From contig JANKJI020000004.1 of assembly GCA_024626585.2 (NCBI GenBank), positions 124,964,837 through 124,985,946 on the forward strand: DNA of 21,110 nt, read 5' to 3'. Positions within the stretch are counted from its first letter, which is position 1, and each line of letters opens with the position of its first letter. Under the pieces are notes generated by a model. The model was not told where the DNA came from. It worked only from the letters and a program-made list of their open reading frames with translations, and made no database searches. The position numbers and the translations under genes were made by a program. Of this stretch, positions 1-9,670 are shown one piece after another. The stretch is from Ginkgo biloba. Lineage: Eukaryota; Plantae; Ginkgophyta.

Positions 1-797
1 GAGCTCCTATAAGTTTTTTTTGGATTAGTTTTGCCTATTAATTATCTTATGGAAACTTGGAAGTGGTAAGAAATTATTTTAGCTATGTAATATACCCAGT
101 TTATAGAAATCACACTACTATAAAAGTAGGATAGATAGGTTGTGTGCCTATTGAATTGTTATGCATGCTAGATTGATGACTAGATAATTTAATTATTGAA
201 TGAGTGCATGGTTTGAGTGGATTTAATCATAGTCATACTACGAAACCCCTCTAACATTTATAAGAGGATGGGTTAGTGGACTACCAAGTCTATGATTGGG
301 TGGAAAAACCCTCTAACAATGTATTATGGTCCTTAAAATGCATGTTATAGTTGGATAAAGATGATGAACTATTTCTTGAGAGAAGAAAAGATCTTGATGC
401 TACAATATTAACTCAATTATTTACATATTTAGTTTAATTAATCTAGTATTTATACCCTTATCTATATCAAAAGCTATATTTTTTAGGTATGCAACCTTCC
501 TTATGATATTTCTATTTTATTAGGAATTTTTGGATTAAGGAAGCTTGCAAATATGTTTTTGGCACAGGAGGGGTGAACGAAAAAGTTCCCACCTGACACT
601 GTCAACGATTAATTCCCAGACGTCGAGCATTGGTCTATACCAAACTGACATCGATATGACTTTTATTCTTCATAAACACTAACCACACNNNNNNNNNNNN
701 NNNNNNNNNNNNNNNNNNNNNNNNNNNNNNNNNNNNNNNNNNNNNNNNNNNNNNNNNNNNNNNNNNNNNNNNNNNNNNNNNNNNNNNNNNNNNCAAC

Positions 798-1148
798 AAA
801 TTGACCGTGTTGGCTTAAGCTCAAAACTATGAGATCTCCCATAGGGTACTTAACCACATAGTTTAGGAATAAACTTTAAATATTCACATGGAGGATAAAA
901 TGAACATGAGAAACTATAACAAACACAAGGGAACCCATATATAACAATTTTTAACTAGAGAAACCCTCATGGAGAATAAAACTCTAGGTGTATTACCAAA
1001 ACTTAAGTTTTATATCAATTTCTATCATTGCCTCTATGACATCTTCCTCACTACTGGAGGTTAGTACAATTCAAACAAAGTGGATTTTCAAATAAATCAC
1101 AAGAATAGGCCTCTGCCCAACCTGTTTCATCATAAAGCCTCACCAACG
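798..1148. repeat. LTR-like dispersed repeat, copy 1 (homologous to 4743-5064)
   Basis: It shares collinear blocks with 4743-5064: aaattga..ttggct(t/c)aagctcaa; (ac/at)tagagaaaccctca....aataaaactc; gcctcta...cctcacta(c/a)tggagg; gcc(t/a)ctgccca. It is non-coding. The 'gaaaccc...aaaactc' block is typical of plant LTRs read antisense (inference). Confidence 0.6.
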
Positions 1149-1266
1149 TGTATGTATGGCTAAGTGCTTCTACAGCCAAATGTAATTTTGCCTTCAATTC
1201 CTTCTTTGAGCATTTTTCAAGGTATGCCTTTGATCTTCCAATGCGATTTTATTTGGTTGTATTTGA

Positions 1267-1821
1267 AAAGTGTGCTTAGGAAGGAGTAGCAATAGTGCCT
1301 ATTTGCCATCTCTAATACTCAATCAGAGAAATATATGGGAAAGTGATACTTGGGAGGATGGTATCAAAATTATTGGACATGGTGGCCATAGCATTTTTTG
1401 AAACATATACACCAATTCAGAGGAAGCCAGGAGTTGCAATCGTGCCTGTTTACTGGATCTGAGACTTGATCAAAGTATCATATGGAATAGTTATAATTGG
1501 GATAGCGGTGTCAAATTCAATGATTCTATGTTTTGGAACCTCTATGTAGATCTTGCAATAAACTGTTAGCAACTCAAAAGTGTTTCAAATCCAGTGGTTG
1601 ATTCTGTTTTTGTGTTCCCTTGTTTGTTCTCTGCTTTGGGTACATTTATGGTCTGGTTAGCTTGCTGTTACTTGAAGAAATTTTGGTACAAAACATAGTT
1701 ATTGGTGAATGCATCTGCTCTATGTTGGAAGAGGAAGATGTTTCTCCATGAAACAGTTCAGCAGTGGCTGAAGTATTTGTATACGTCTGTTCAATATCAA
1801 TGTCTAGAAACTCTTATGTAG
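1267..1821 (+). pseudogene. Decayed ORF: two in-frame ~49-aa repeats followed by a hydrophobic TM-like segment; family unknown
   Basis: Frame +1 reads KVCLGRSSNSAYLPSLILNQRNIWESDTWEDGIKIIGHGGHSIF*NIYTNSEEARSCNRACLLDLRLDQSIIWNSYNWDSGVKFNDSMFWNLYVDLAINC*QLKSVSNPVVDSVFVFPCLFSALGTFMVWLACCYLKKFWYKT*LLVN...ETLM*. There are only 3 internal stops in ~185 codons (TGA 1399, TAG 1567, TAG 1696), and each is one transition from TGG or CAG. Confidence 0.65.
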
Positions 1822-3879
1822 TTTGTAAGGTTGCTTAACATTAATATAATGCTAATACAGCCTACGTGCAGCTTTATAACTATGTTGCTATGCTTATATT
1901 ATTAATTTTCTTATAGTGTTTAGAAGCAGTTTCGAACCACTACAATTGANNNNNNNNNNNNNNNNNNNNNNNNNNNNNNNNNNNNNNNNNNNNNNNNNNN
2001 NNNNNNNNNNNNNNNNNNNNNNNNNNNNNNNNNNNNNNNNNNNNNNNNNAGAACCTATCAAAGGAAGAATAATATTTTTGGGAGAAAAATAAATATTAAA
2101 AAGAAGAGGAGGAACTAGATTCTATAGAAAAGAAGGATCTTATTCCATAACAACCCTCATCATAAAAATATCAATATGTATCTTCTATATGAGAGTGATA
2201 AATGCTTGGTGGCTCTCCTTATATTCTTTCCTCATATTTCTCATGTATATTTTCATTCAATACTACCCTCTTCATACCCTTCATTTCCACTCAACTCATC
2301 ATATTCATTATTCTCATGATCGATTTAAAAAGGACTTGGTGGAAATATATTCTTCATTTCTCTCATATGTGCCTTCCTATGTTCCTAAATCATAGCATGC
2401 ACTCATAGATGAACTTAAGGTGGATAGCACATACAAAATAAAAATATATAGAATATGAACAAGAATGAAAACATTGAATCCCTCACCAAATTTAGAACTA
2501 CCATAACTCTAATATCAAATAATGTACCTACTTAGTAATGCAGGCTTAAAGGAATGGCCTTCAAAGATGTGAAAGCATATGATCATAAATTCAAGGGGGT
2601 AATATAATTTATAACCTTTTTCAACACTAAACTAAGGCTCTTCTATAATTCTTTGTCCACTATACAATTAGAGAAATAGTCTCAATATGGTCTTTCCATA
2701 ATATAATATTAGTGAATGCATTTATAGAGGATATTATTGTTGCTTAGATTTTGTGTACCAAATGGAAATAATAATTTTTAATCAAAATTCCCTAGGATGA
2801 GGGTATTACAAAAAATGCAATAGAAAAAGGAGATAAACTCCCTCTACTATTGTGAGGGGTAGCTACCTAAAATATTTATAAAATTATAAAGAGGAACAAA
2901 TGAAGAATATTTACAATGATTATTTACACTATAGATAGATATTTATTTTTATTCAAATAAACTAGAAACATACAAAATGGAAGGATGGAAAGGAAAAGGA
3001 TAAAAGAATCTGCCACTAAGTTTTACAAATAATTGATAATAGAGTGATGTTATAAAGTGACTATGAGGAGGGTAGACATAATGAAGAATTATCATTTTTG
3101 AGTGACCTCTTAAGGATTCCTTTCAGTAGTATAAAGGAGGTCCTTTAGGTCATTAAACTCTAATCCAATATTATTCAAGGATTAAAGAGCTAATAATTCT
3201 CAATCACTTTAATGTGAGAAGATACATGATTCTTATCTCTAATACCCTCCAACAACACTTGAAGAAATATAAAAATAAGAATTTAATTAAAGATACAAAA
3301 TGGTCAACAAAGGTCAAAATCTAATAACACTTGAAGTTAATCCTCAAAAGATAATTATGATTATATTCAAAACCTATATGGCCTTTCAAATCAATTCCTT
3401 AAACATGANNNNNNNNNNNNNNNNNNNNNNNNNNNNNNNNNNNNNNNNNNNNNNNNNNNNNNNNNNNNNNNNNNNNNNATATTAGCATCACTTGACAAAC
3501 TAGTTGAAATGAACTCCACTAACCATAAACATATATAAATTTCATACTTGATCACCAAAAATGCATGATGATAAAATAAAAACATTCATATTATCCAAAT
3601 TCCAATGCATCCACAACCCTATAGTTCTCAATTCATCAAGGCACAAGGATTTCAGTGAGATGATAAAATATATTAAATTTTATTGATGCAACTTCCAGAG
3701 TACATGTATAAGAACCTAAAAAATTACTAAAATATGGACANNNNNNNNNNNNNNNNNNNNNNNNNNNNNNNNNNNNNNNNNNNNNNNNNNNNNNNNNNNN
3801 NNNNNNNNNNNNNNNNNNNNNNNNNNNNNNNNNNNNNNNNCCTCTATATTAAGGTCAACCCACAAAATGGTAGTAATAA

Positions 3880-4737
3880 TTCCCTAGAGAATGAGTTTCC
3901 TCTAAACCTGAGAGGCTGCCTAGAGTGTGTGTTTGATAAAACCTGGAATGCTTGTCCCAATTTAGAGGTGAAAATTCTCCCTCAAGAGAGCAACATCTAG
4001 AAAATTTTGTAGCTATGTGTAAGAACTTTAATGTAATAGAGAAAAATATGGCTTTCTTATTGTTCATATATTCCTTTGAAAAAGAAGCATTATGATGGTA
4101 TGACTCTCTCCTCAATTAATTCAATTCAAGTTAGGATATGCTCATGCAAAGGTTTAGACCAAAATTCCTACAAGAGAAGTCCATTGCCGTGCTGATTAAG
4201 GAGCTATCATATATAAAGAAAGGAAATAAGGAGACTATAAGAGAGTATGTATCTTGATACGACAGAGTCCTTAATTCAATCCCAAATAATTCTTAGCCTG
4301 TAGTGAAAGTATAAAGGGATGATTATTAAAAGGNNNNNNNNNNNNNNNNNNNNNNNNNNNNNNNNNNNNNNNNNNNNNNNNNNNNNNNNNNNNNNNNNNN
4401 NNNNNNNNNNNNNNNNNTGAAGAAAGATTAATAAGGGTTGGAAAATTGAGACCTCTCACTTTTACCACACCTAAAGAAGAGAAATAGGTTACTATCCCCC
4501 AAACTCAAGCGCTCCTTAGAAGGATGGAGAATGAGATCATGATGCTCAAGAAGTAGGTTCAAGAGAAAAGAAATAACAAGATTACCTTCTTGTAGAGGCA
4601 AAAATAAGAGCCTCTTTCCTCTAACCACTAATGTAAGAGAGGAGAGGGTGGTGATGACTTCTCTACTATAAACACCCTCATTAGAGTTCCACTTCTGTAT
4701 TGCCAACCCCCTTTCCTGCCTTCTAGGATCTCTCAAA
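3880..4737 (+). mobile_element. Ty3/Gypsy gag relic (Retrotrans_gag-like, Athila/Tat-type)
   Basis: Translation from ~3949: CLSQFRGENSPSREQHLENFVAMCKNFNVIEKNMAFLLFIYSFEKEAL*WYDSLLN*FNSS*DMLMQRFRPKFLQEKSIAVLIKELSYIKKGNKETIREYVS*YDRVLNSIP. After the gap it continues EERLIRVGKL...LLRRMENEIMMLKK. This fits the gag pattern F.G...HL..F...C...LF..S....A..W...L.....W..L...F...F...L..I.....ES.R.Y. Confidence 0.85.
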
Positions 4738-5344
4738 TGGTAAAATTGATAGCATTGGCTCAAGCTCAAGGGGCAAGCTCACCTATAGGGAAATGAAAAT
4801 CACACATAAAATCAAATGTTCTCAACAGAGAAAATATAAATCAACAATGCACAATGCACAATAAAGTGACACCAATATTTCAATTAGAGAAACCCTCACA
4901 AGGAATAAAACTCCATATCACATTATCAAGTAATAATTTTCACACATTACAAATAATTTTCTAGCCTCTAAGGCCACCCTCACTAATGGAGGTAATTATA
5001 ATTTATCAATAGAATTCCATAATTAGCCACTGCCCATAATTCCCTTTAATTTCCTCCTTCGACGNNNNNNNNNNNNNNNNNNNNNNNNNNNNNNNNNNNN
5101 NNNNNNNNNNNNNNNNNNNNNNNNNNNNNNNNNNNNNNNNNNNNNNNNNNNNNNNNNNNNNNNNTGTTATGTTACATCATGTACAAAGTTATATATTTAT
5201 AACCACCATTATTTATAGTCGACGCATCTTTCAACATAACTTGACACAACACTCAACATAACATAATATTCGACACACTCTTAACTTAGCTTCATGACTA
5301 AGTTAACTATGGAGAAATCTAGAAGTGTCATTAATTATAACACA
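4738..5344. repeat. LTR-like element, copy 2, interrupting the gag relic
   Basis: 4743-5064 is homologous to 798-1148. It starts with TG at 4738, where gag similarity stops, and has antisense TATA-like 'atttata' at ~5195-5217. The right boundary (CA at ~5344) is uncertain and no TSD was identified. Confidence 0.45.
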
Positions 5345-5879
5345 TTTATAAGAGAAACAATAAAAGATGAGTCAAATCACTCTAATTATGGAAAGAGTGA
5401 TTCATTCTAACTAGTGACTACAAGATGACATATATTGGAGTTATCAATCAAAGGCATTTGAGATGTTTGAGTAAGTGCATGTTGGAAATGCACTTGTTGA
5501 AATATTTGGTTAGGTACTTATTGGTATTATTGATTATAGATCCATTAATATGGAGGATATTTTTACATGAATCCTTATTACATTGGTTATTGTATAAGTA
5601 ATTATTCATATGGATTATACAATACATTCCCCTAAGGGAAAGGCCAATTTGATTAAAACCTTAGTTGAACGATATAGTATGAATTTTGACCAACATTAGA
5701 AAATGGTGATATATATGGAGGAATAAATTATTGTGAATAACCATAATAGATAGATTGACCAGTTTATAAAACATTCTTTTAGAAGGGTACTATCATAGGA
5801 ATAGACATGGTGGTTTAGTATAAAGGTATATTGAAACCAAAAGGTATAGCTTTTTTCCCTGTTCTATATGGATAAGGAG

Positions 5880-6374
5880 GAACTTATTNNNNNNNNNNNN
5901 NNNNNNNNTCTTTCTAGATGGATGTGGATTGGATTGATTCCACGAGACTTATATAGCACCTCGAGAAGGCACTATGGGTAATTACCCATATGATAAGTTC
6001 CCAAATGGATAAGTTCCCTCTATTATATTATCCATATGATTAGTTAGAGGGGGATAATTACCTTATAATACAACTATTTTAGTTGATCATATGGATGGGA
6101 TATTATCCCTAACCATGCGAGGATTGGATTATGATTGGATATTACCTCCAAGTGTAAAGTATTTCCTTAAACTATTTATATATTAATAGTAGCCACAAGT
6201 GTAGTTGAAACTTTCATAACCAATTGTCACAAGTTTGGTTGGNNNNNNNNNNNNNNNNNNNNNNNNNNNNNNNNNNNNNNNNNNNNNNNNNNNNNNNNNN
6301 NTGTAATTAAAACTTTCATAACCAATTGTCACAAGTTTAGTTGGTGTTGTTATAGTATAATGAGATAATTATCT
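5880..6374. repeat. Cluster of short palindromic/direct sub-repeats (GG[G/A]TAATTA[C/T]CC and GATAAGTTCCC), probably LTR-internal
   Basis: gggtaattaccc 5976-5987; gggataattacc 6051-6062; gggatattatccc 6097-6109; ggatattacc 6137-6146; agataattatct 6363-6374; gataagttccc at 5992 and 6008, with an inverted partial copy at ~5879-5888. Confidence 0.6.
6208..6344. repeat. ~35-bp direct repeat on both sides of an N gap
   Basis: aaactttcataaccaattgtcacaagttt(g/a)gttgg occurs at ~6208-6242 and ~6310-6344. It is either a tandem repeat or an assembly overlap. Confidence 0.7.
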
Positions 6375-6748
6375 TATAATAAATTATGTATCAAATGTAT
6401 TAATGCTTGGTTGGATAGGATTCAAACCATGAGCTATAAGATTTTGGATTCAATTCTTAGTATGGCTTCTAGTTATATTTATGCCTTCTATTTATTATAT
6501 GGATGTTATTCAATCAATTTGATAGGGTGTTATTAAACAAATTAACTATAAACAAGAGTGTCAATATCCAAAATCACACTCACATATAAGTTTGAAGATG
6601 TAGAGAAAAACATGTAAAGTTTGGAGCTCATTCACTCATTCCTTAGTGNNNNNNNNNNNNNNNNNNNNNNNNNNNNNNNNNNNNNNNNNNNNNNNNNNNN
6701 NNNNNNNNNNNNNNNNNNNNNNNNNNNNNNNNNNNNNNNNNNNNNNNN

Positions 6749-7007
6749 CAGAAGGCACTTTTAGTGCTTTGGAGACTAGTTCCTTGGTTATTGTGATCTT
6801 CTTTTTATTCACTCTAGTTTGGCCATCTTTAAACTTTTTCACAAACTTTTCCATCATGCTTGGTTCATGGTTTACATAATTCATGCAGACATACTTGAGC
6901 CCAATATCAATGCAAATAACCCACATATTTGATTCTTTGGTAAAGAAGGTCATAACCATTGAATTTTTCTCCTTTTTTATTGCAATCTCTCTTTTGCTAA
7001 ATAGCAC
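6749..7007 (-). mobile_element. Retrotransposon accessory (3' extra) ORF relic, putative plant-transposon-protein type
   Basis: ...DIGLKYVCMNYVNHEPSMMEKFVKKFKDGQTRVNKKKITITKELVSKALKVPS fits the recurrent plant LTR accessory-ORF pattern GL..F.....H...V..F...F.....V....I.IT...I...L.LP. It lies on the same strand ~0.7 kb downstream of the integrase relic. Confidence 0.55.
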
Positions 7008-7727
7008 TTATACTGATTTCTTTTTTCGTTGACGTAGTGTTTGTAACTAATCCTCTAACTTTTCTTACCCTGCAGTTCTTCCTACTATCATTGCTTTCNN
7101 NNNNNNNNNNNNNNNNNNNNNNATTAATTGCTACTTGTCATATCAACTAAACTCTATACCTACTAACCTTTATGCTTTCTAACTTCTATACTTTAATCTC
7201 TGTAAAGATGATTGCTCTCCCTACTTAATCTTGAGCTCCTATGAGAAATTAAAATAAAGGCGCTTTCAACAAGAGTATGACTTGAAATCATGTCAATGAT
7301 AGGGGCGAGGATGGAGTTTGATAGTTAGGAATGATGATCAAGATCTCCTATGATTANNNNNNNNNNNNNNNNNNNNNNNNNNNNNNNNNNNNNNNNNNNN
7401 NNNNNNNNNNCAACATGTCAGTTTAAAAAATGATATGTGTCCATCATGCATTCAGGGTGAGAAAATCAAGATATGTATGGGGTGGCACATGATTTGAATT
7501 ATTGCATCTTCCTTAAATCAACATGTGTTATAGGCTGCTAGTTACTAAGTGACTAGGATGCTGTTAGAATAAACATGGGACAATATTATTTTGAGAATTT
7601 TTTCATTGAAGGAAAAATAAAATATAACTCATACACCCATTCCTACNNNNNNNNNNNNNNNNNNNNNNNNNNNNNACTTGCAGCTCGGGCTAATTATTTA
7701 TCATCTGTATAAAGTACTTCTAGTTGA

Positions 7728-8615
7728 CTAGATTTTTATAAGGCCATAGTCTATACCCATTAGCAAGGAACTTGACATTGTTTTCTTCGATAGATTATAG
7801 TAGCATTGTGCCATTAGAAAATACCTATTTGATTTTATAGGGACCCATCTAACATATCTAGAACTTGCCAAAATAATTATTGTACCTAAAATCATATAGC
7901 AAAACCTAGTCTCCCGGTTCAAACTCCTTTGATTGCAAATGATTTTTGTACTAATGTTTGCACTAACTCTAAAAAAAATCGATTTGTAGTGGTACTTCTT
8001 ACTAGAATTTATACAACTAATGTAGCTTCTCTAGTTGCTCATGTTATGTTGCTTCAAGATTGAGACCTAGTTGTCGTGCCATCTTGAATGTTTTGATCTC
8101 AAGTTCAATGGGCATAATTATTTATTTCCCATATGCCAATTGGAATGGTGTGAAGCCTAGAGATATTTTCCACATATTTTGATATGGCCACATAGCTTCT
8201 GAAATCCATTCTCCCTAATCATGATAATGTAATTTGATAGATCTTATAATGATGTGTTTCAATTCCCTATTAGTAACTTTAGCTTTTCCATTCACTTTAG
8301 GATAGTAAGGAGTAGATTTTTTATGTTGTATCTAATACTCCTTGGTGAGATCATATACTATCTCATTTATAAATGGTGTTCCTCGATCACTCACCAATTC
8401 AAAGGGCATGCCATATCTTGTAAAAATCTCTTCATACAAGAATATTGAGATCTTTTTGGCTATGACTCACATCAGGGTTTTGACTTCCACCCACTTCATA
8501 CAATAATCTATATAGACCAAAATATATTGATTATGTGTCCAAGAAGGAGGGTTTATTAGGCCAATGAAATCAAGTCCCCACTTGTTTAAAAGGTTTAATT
8601 ATTGTGATTGGTTGT
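7728..8615 (-). mobile_element. Ty3/Gypsy (Athila/Tat-type) integrase relic: rve core plus GPY/F module
   Basis: KWGLDFIGLINPPSWTHNQYILVYIDYCMKWVEVK...LYEEIFTRYGMPFELVSDRGTPFINE...HKKSTPYYPKVNGKAKVTNREL...LGFTPFQLAYGK*IIMPIELE...KEFEPGD*VLLYD...MGPYKIK*VFSNGT. It carries many in-frame stops. Confidence 0.95.
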
Positions 8616-8716
8616 ANNNNNNNNNNNNNNNNNNNNNNNNNNNNNNNNNNNNNNNNNNNNNNNNNNNNNNNNNNNNNNNNNNNNNNNNNNNNNNNNNNNN
8701 NNNNNNNNNNNNNNNN

Positions 8717-8767
8717 ATTTTTGCAAGTTTGAACCGTGGCAATTATTTGCCACGGGAAGAGGACTAG
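8717..8767 (+). mobile_element. Helitron 3' terminus (GC-rich hairpin plus CTAG, followed by T)
   Basis: A perfect 9-bp stem CCGTGGCAA-ttat-TTGCCACGG (8734-8755) is followed by an 8-nt spacer, CTAG (8764-8767) and T (8768). This matches the established plant Helitron 3' signature. The body and 5' TC end disappear into the gap at 8616-8716. Confidence 0.8.
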
Positions 8768-8776
8768 TATATATTA

Positions 8777-9643
8777 TTATTTGTATGTAATATCTGTTTT
8801 TAATGGTACATTACCATTCTTGCTATCGGTAGCTCGCCCTAATTGCGCAACCACAGAAAACAAATCCATGCGTCTCGCTTTAATCTTCTGTTTAACCAAA
8901 TTCTGTTTATTCTGAGTCAAAATTTTTTCATGCTCAATCCTCTCCAATTCTTGACGAATAAACTCTAATTCCTCATTTATCTCATCATCTTCCCCCCCAT
9001 TTCCATAACTATCATCAATGCTCTCGTCATCTTTCTGCAATTCCTCGGCTCTTCCATCATGGCATTGTGGGCGCACTTGATCAGCACTCATGGGCGATGG
9101 CGTTATACTGTCCAGAATCTGCTCTCGAAGAAGCTCGAAATGCTTCCGTTTTGTTTCCAAAGTTTTTAAGTTGAGAATGTATTTCTTCTCAATGGCGGCA
9201 TGGAACTTGATTTTTAATTTTATTCTCAGAAGATTGGCGATGGTGGGCTCGCGTGCACGCAGTGCTTCTGGAACATCCTCTGACTTCTCCCTATGACGTC
9301 CTGCACTAGACCTCATTCCCCCTCTTGGGTACTCATCATGCCTTTTTCTTTTCTTTTCATTGCACAAACTCCAAGTCCCACTGCTGCTATCGTTATCGTT
9401 ATTGTTATTATTTTCGTTATCGTTATTGTTGTTATCGTTATCGTTATTGTTTTCGTTATCGTCCTGGCTTCTTTCATGCGAGGAGGAGGAGCTGGATCTT
9501 TGCCTTTGATATTCATAATAAAATCTCGATTTGGGAATCTGATATTGGTTCACCTGCTGCTTCCCTTGAACAGTCCTCCTCCTCTTGTCATCATGTTCCT
9601 CTGACAAATTAAATCTGTCGTGCCCATCATTCCGGCCAGCCAT
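8777..9643 (-). CDS. Intact single-exon 288-aa hypothetical protein, predicted nuclear, with a disordered N-terminal half and two coiled-coil segments
   Basis: It is the only long uninterrupted ORF in the window. It has an ATGGCT start, tandem TAA TAA stops, higher GC and retained CpG compared with its flanks, and an upstream TATA box. Basic clusters KRRR (aa ~20-23) and KKRKR (~97-101); Ser and Asn/Asp tracts; amphipathic helices at ~135-180 and ~221-262. No family was recognised. Confidence 0.8.
   Translation of the reverse strand: MAGRNDGHDRFNLSEEHDDKRRRTVQGKQQVNQYQIPKSRFYYEYQRQRSSSSSSHERSQDDNENNNDNDNNNNDNENNNNNDNDSSSGTWSLCNEKKRKRHDEYPRGGMRSSAGRHREKSEDVPEALRAREPTIANLLRIKLKIKFHAAIEKKYILNLKTLETKRKHFELLREQILDSITPSPMSADQVRPQCHDGRAEELQKDDESIDDSYGNGGEDDEINEELEFIRQELERIEHEKILTQNKQNLVKQKIKARRMDLFSVVAQLGRATDSKNGNVPLKTDITYK
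9389..9463 (-). repeat. Coding trinucleotide-based microsatellite (AAC/AAT/GAT) encoding DDNENNNDNDNNNNDNENNNNNDND
   Basis: The 75-nt tract (25 codons) is in frame within the 288-aa ORF and has a higher-order DNENNN(NN)DND duplication. Confidence 0.9.
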
Positions 9644-9670
9644 TAGTTCTTCCAGAGATTATTATTATGA

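Noticed and set aside
1-660. LTR/UTR-like sequence with aaaccc(c)tctaac twice and a possible PBS-like 'tggcacaggagggg' at ~560
   Set aside because: It is plausibly TE-derived, but boundaries and tRNA complementarity cannot be established by eye.
2050-3740. Short ORFs (2189-2408, 3300-3585) and an LTR-end-like 'gggtattaca' at 2801-2810
   Set aside because: No recognisable domain and no matching LTR start; left as unassigned decayed repeat.
4428-4769. 113-aa minus-strand ORF
   Set aside because: It is antisense to the gag relic on the + strand.
5600-5790. LIKTLVERY peptide suggestive of a PMD or accessory ORF
   Set aside because: It is a single short motif with no flanking support.
6752-6780. 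Second hairpin plus CTAGT (aaggcact-ttt-agtgcttt-ggaga-ctagt) resembling a Helitron end
   Set aside because: The stem is weak and AT-rich and lies inside a continuous minus-strand coding relic (ELVSKALKVP), so it is likely chance.
7153-7166. tctatacctactaa as a candidate Helitron 5' end
   Set aside because: It is preceded by C rather than A and lies within the Gypsy 3' region; there is no supporting boundary.
9090-9612. Overlapping ORFs 9090-9296, 9293-9604 and 9325-9612 (+) and 9313-9516 (-), including Cys/Tyr/Arg-rich and (VI)n/(TI)n peptides
   Set aside because: They are shadows of the 288-aa ORF and its microsatellite, with no independent coding evidence.
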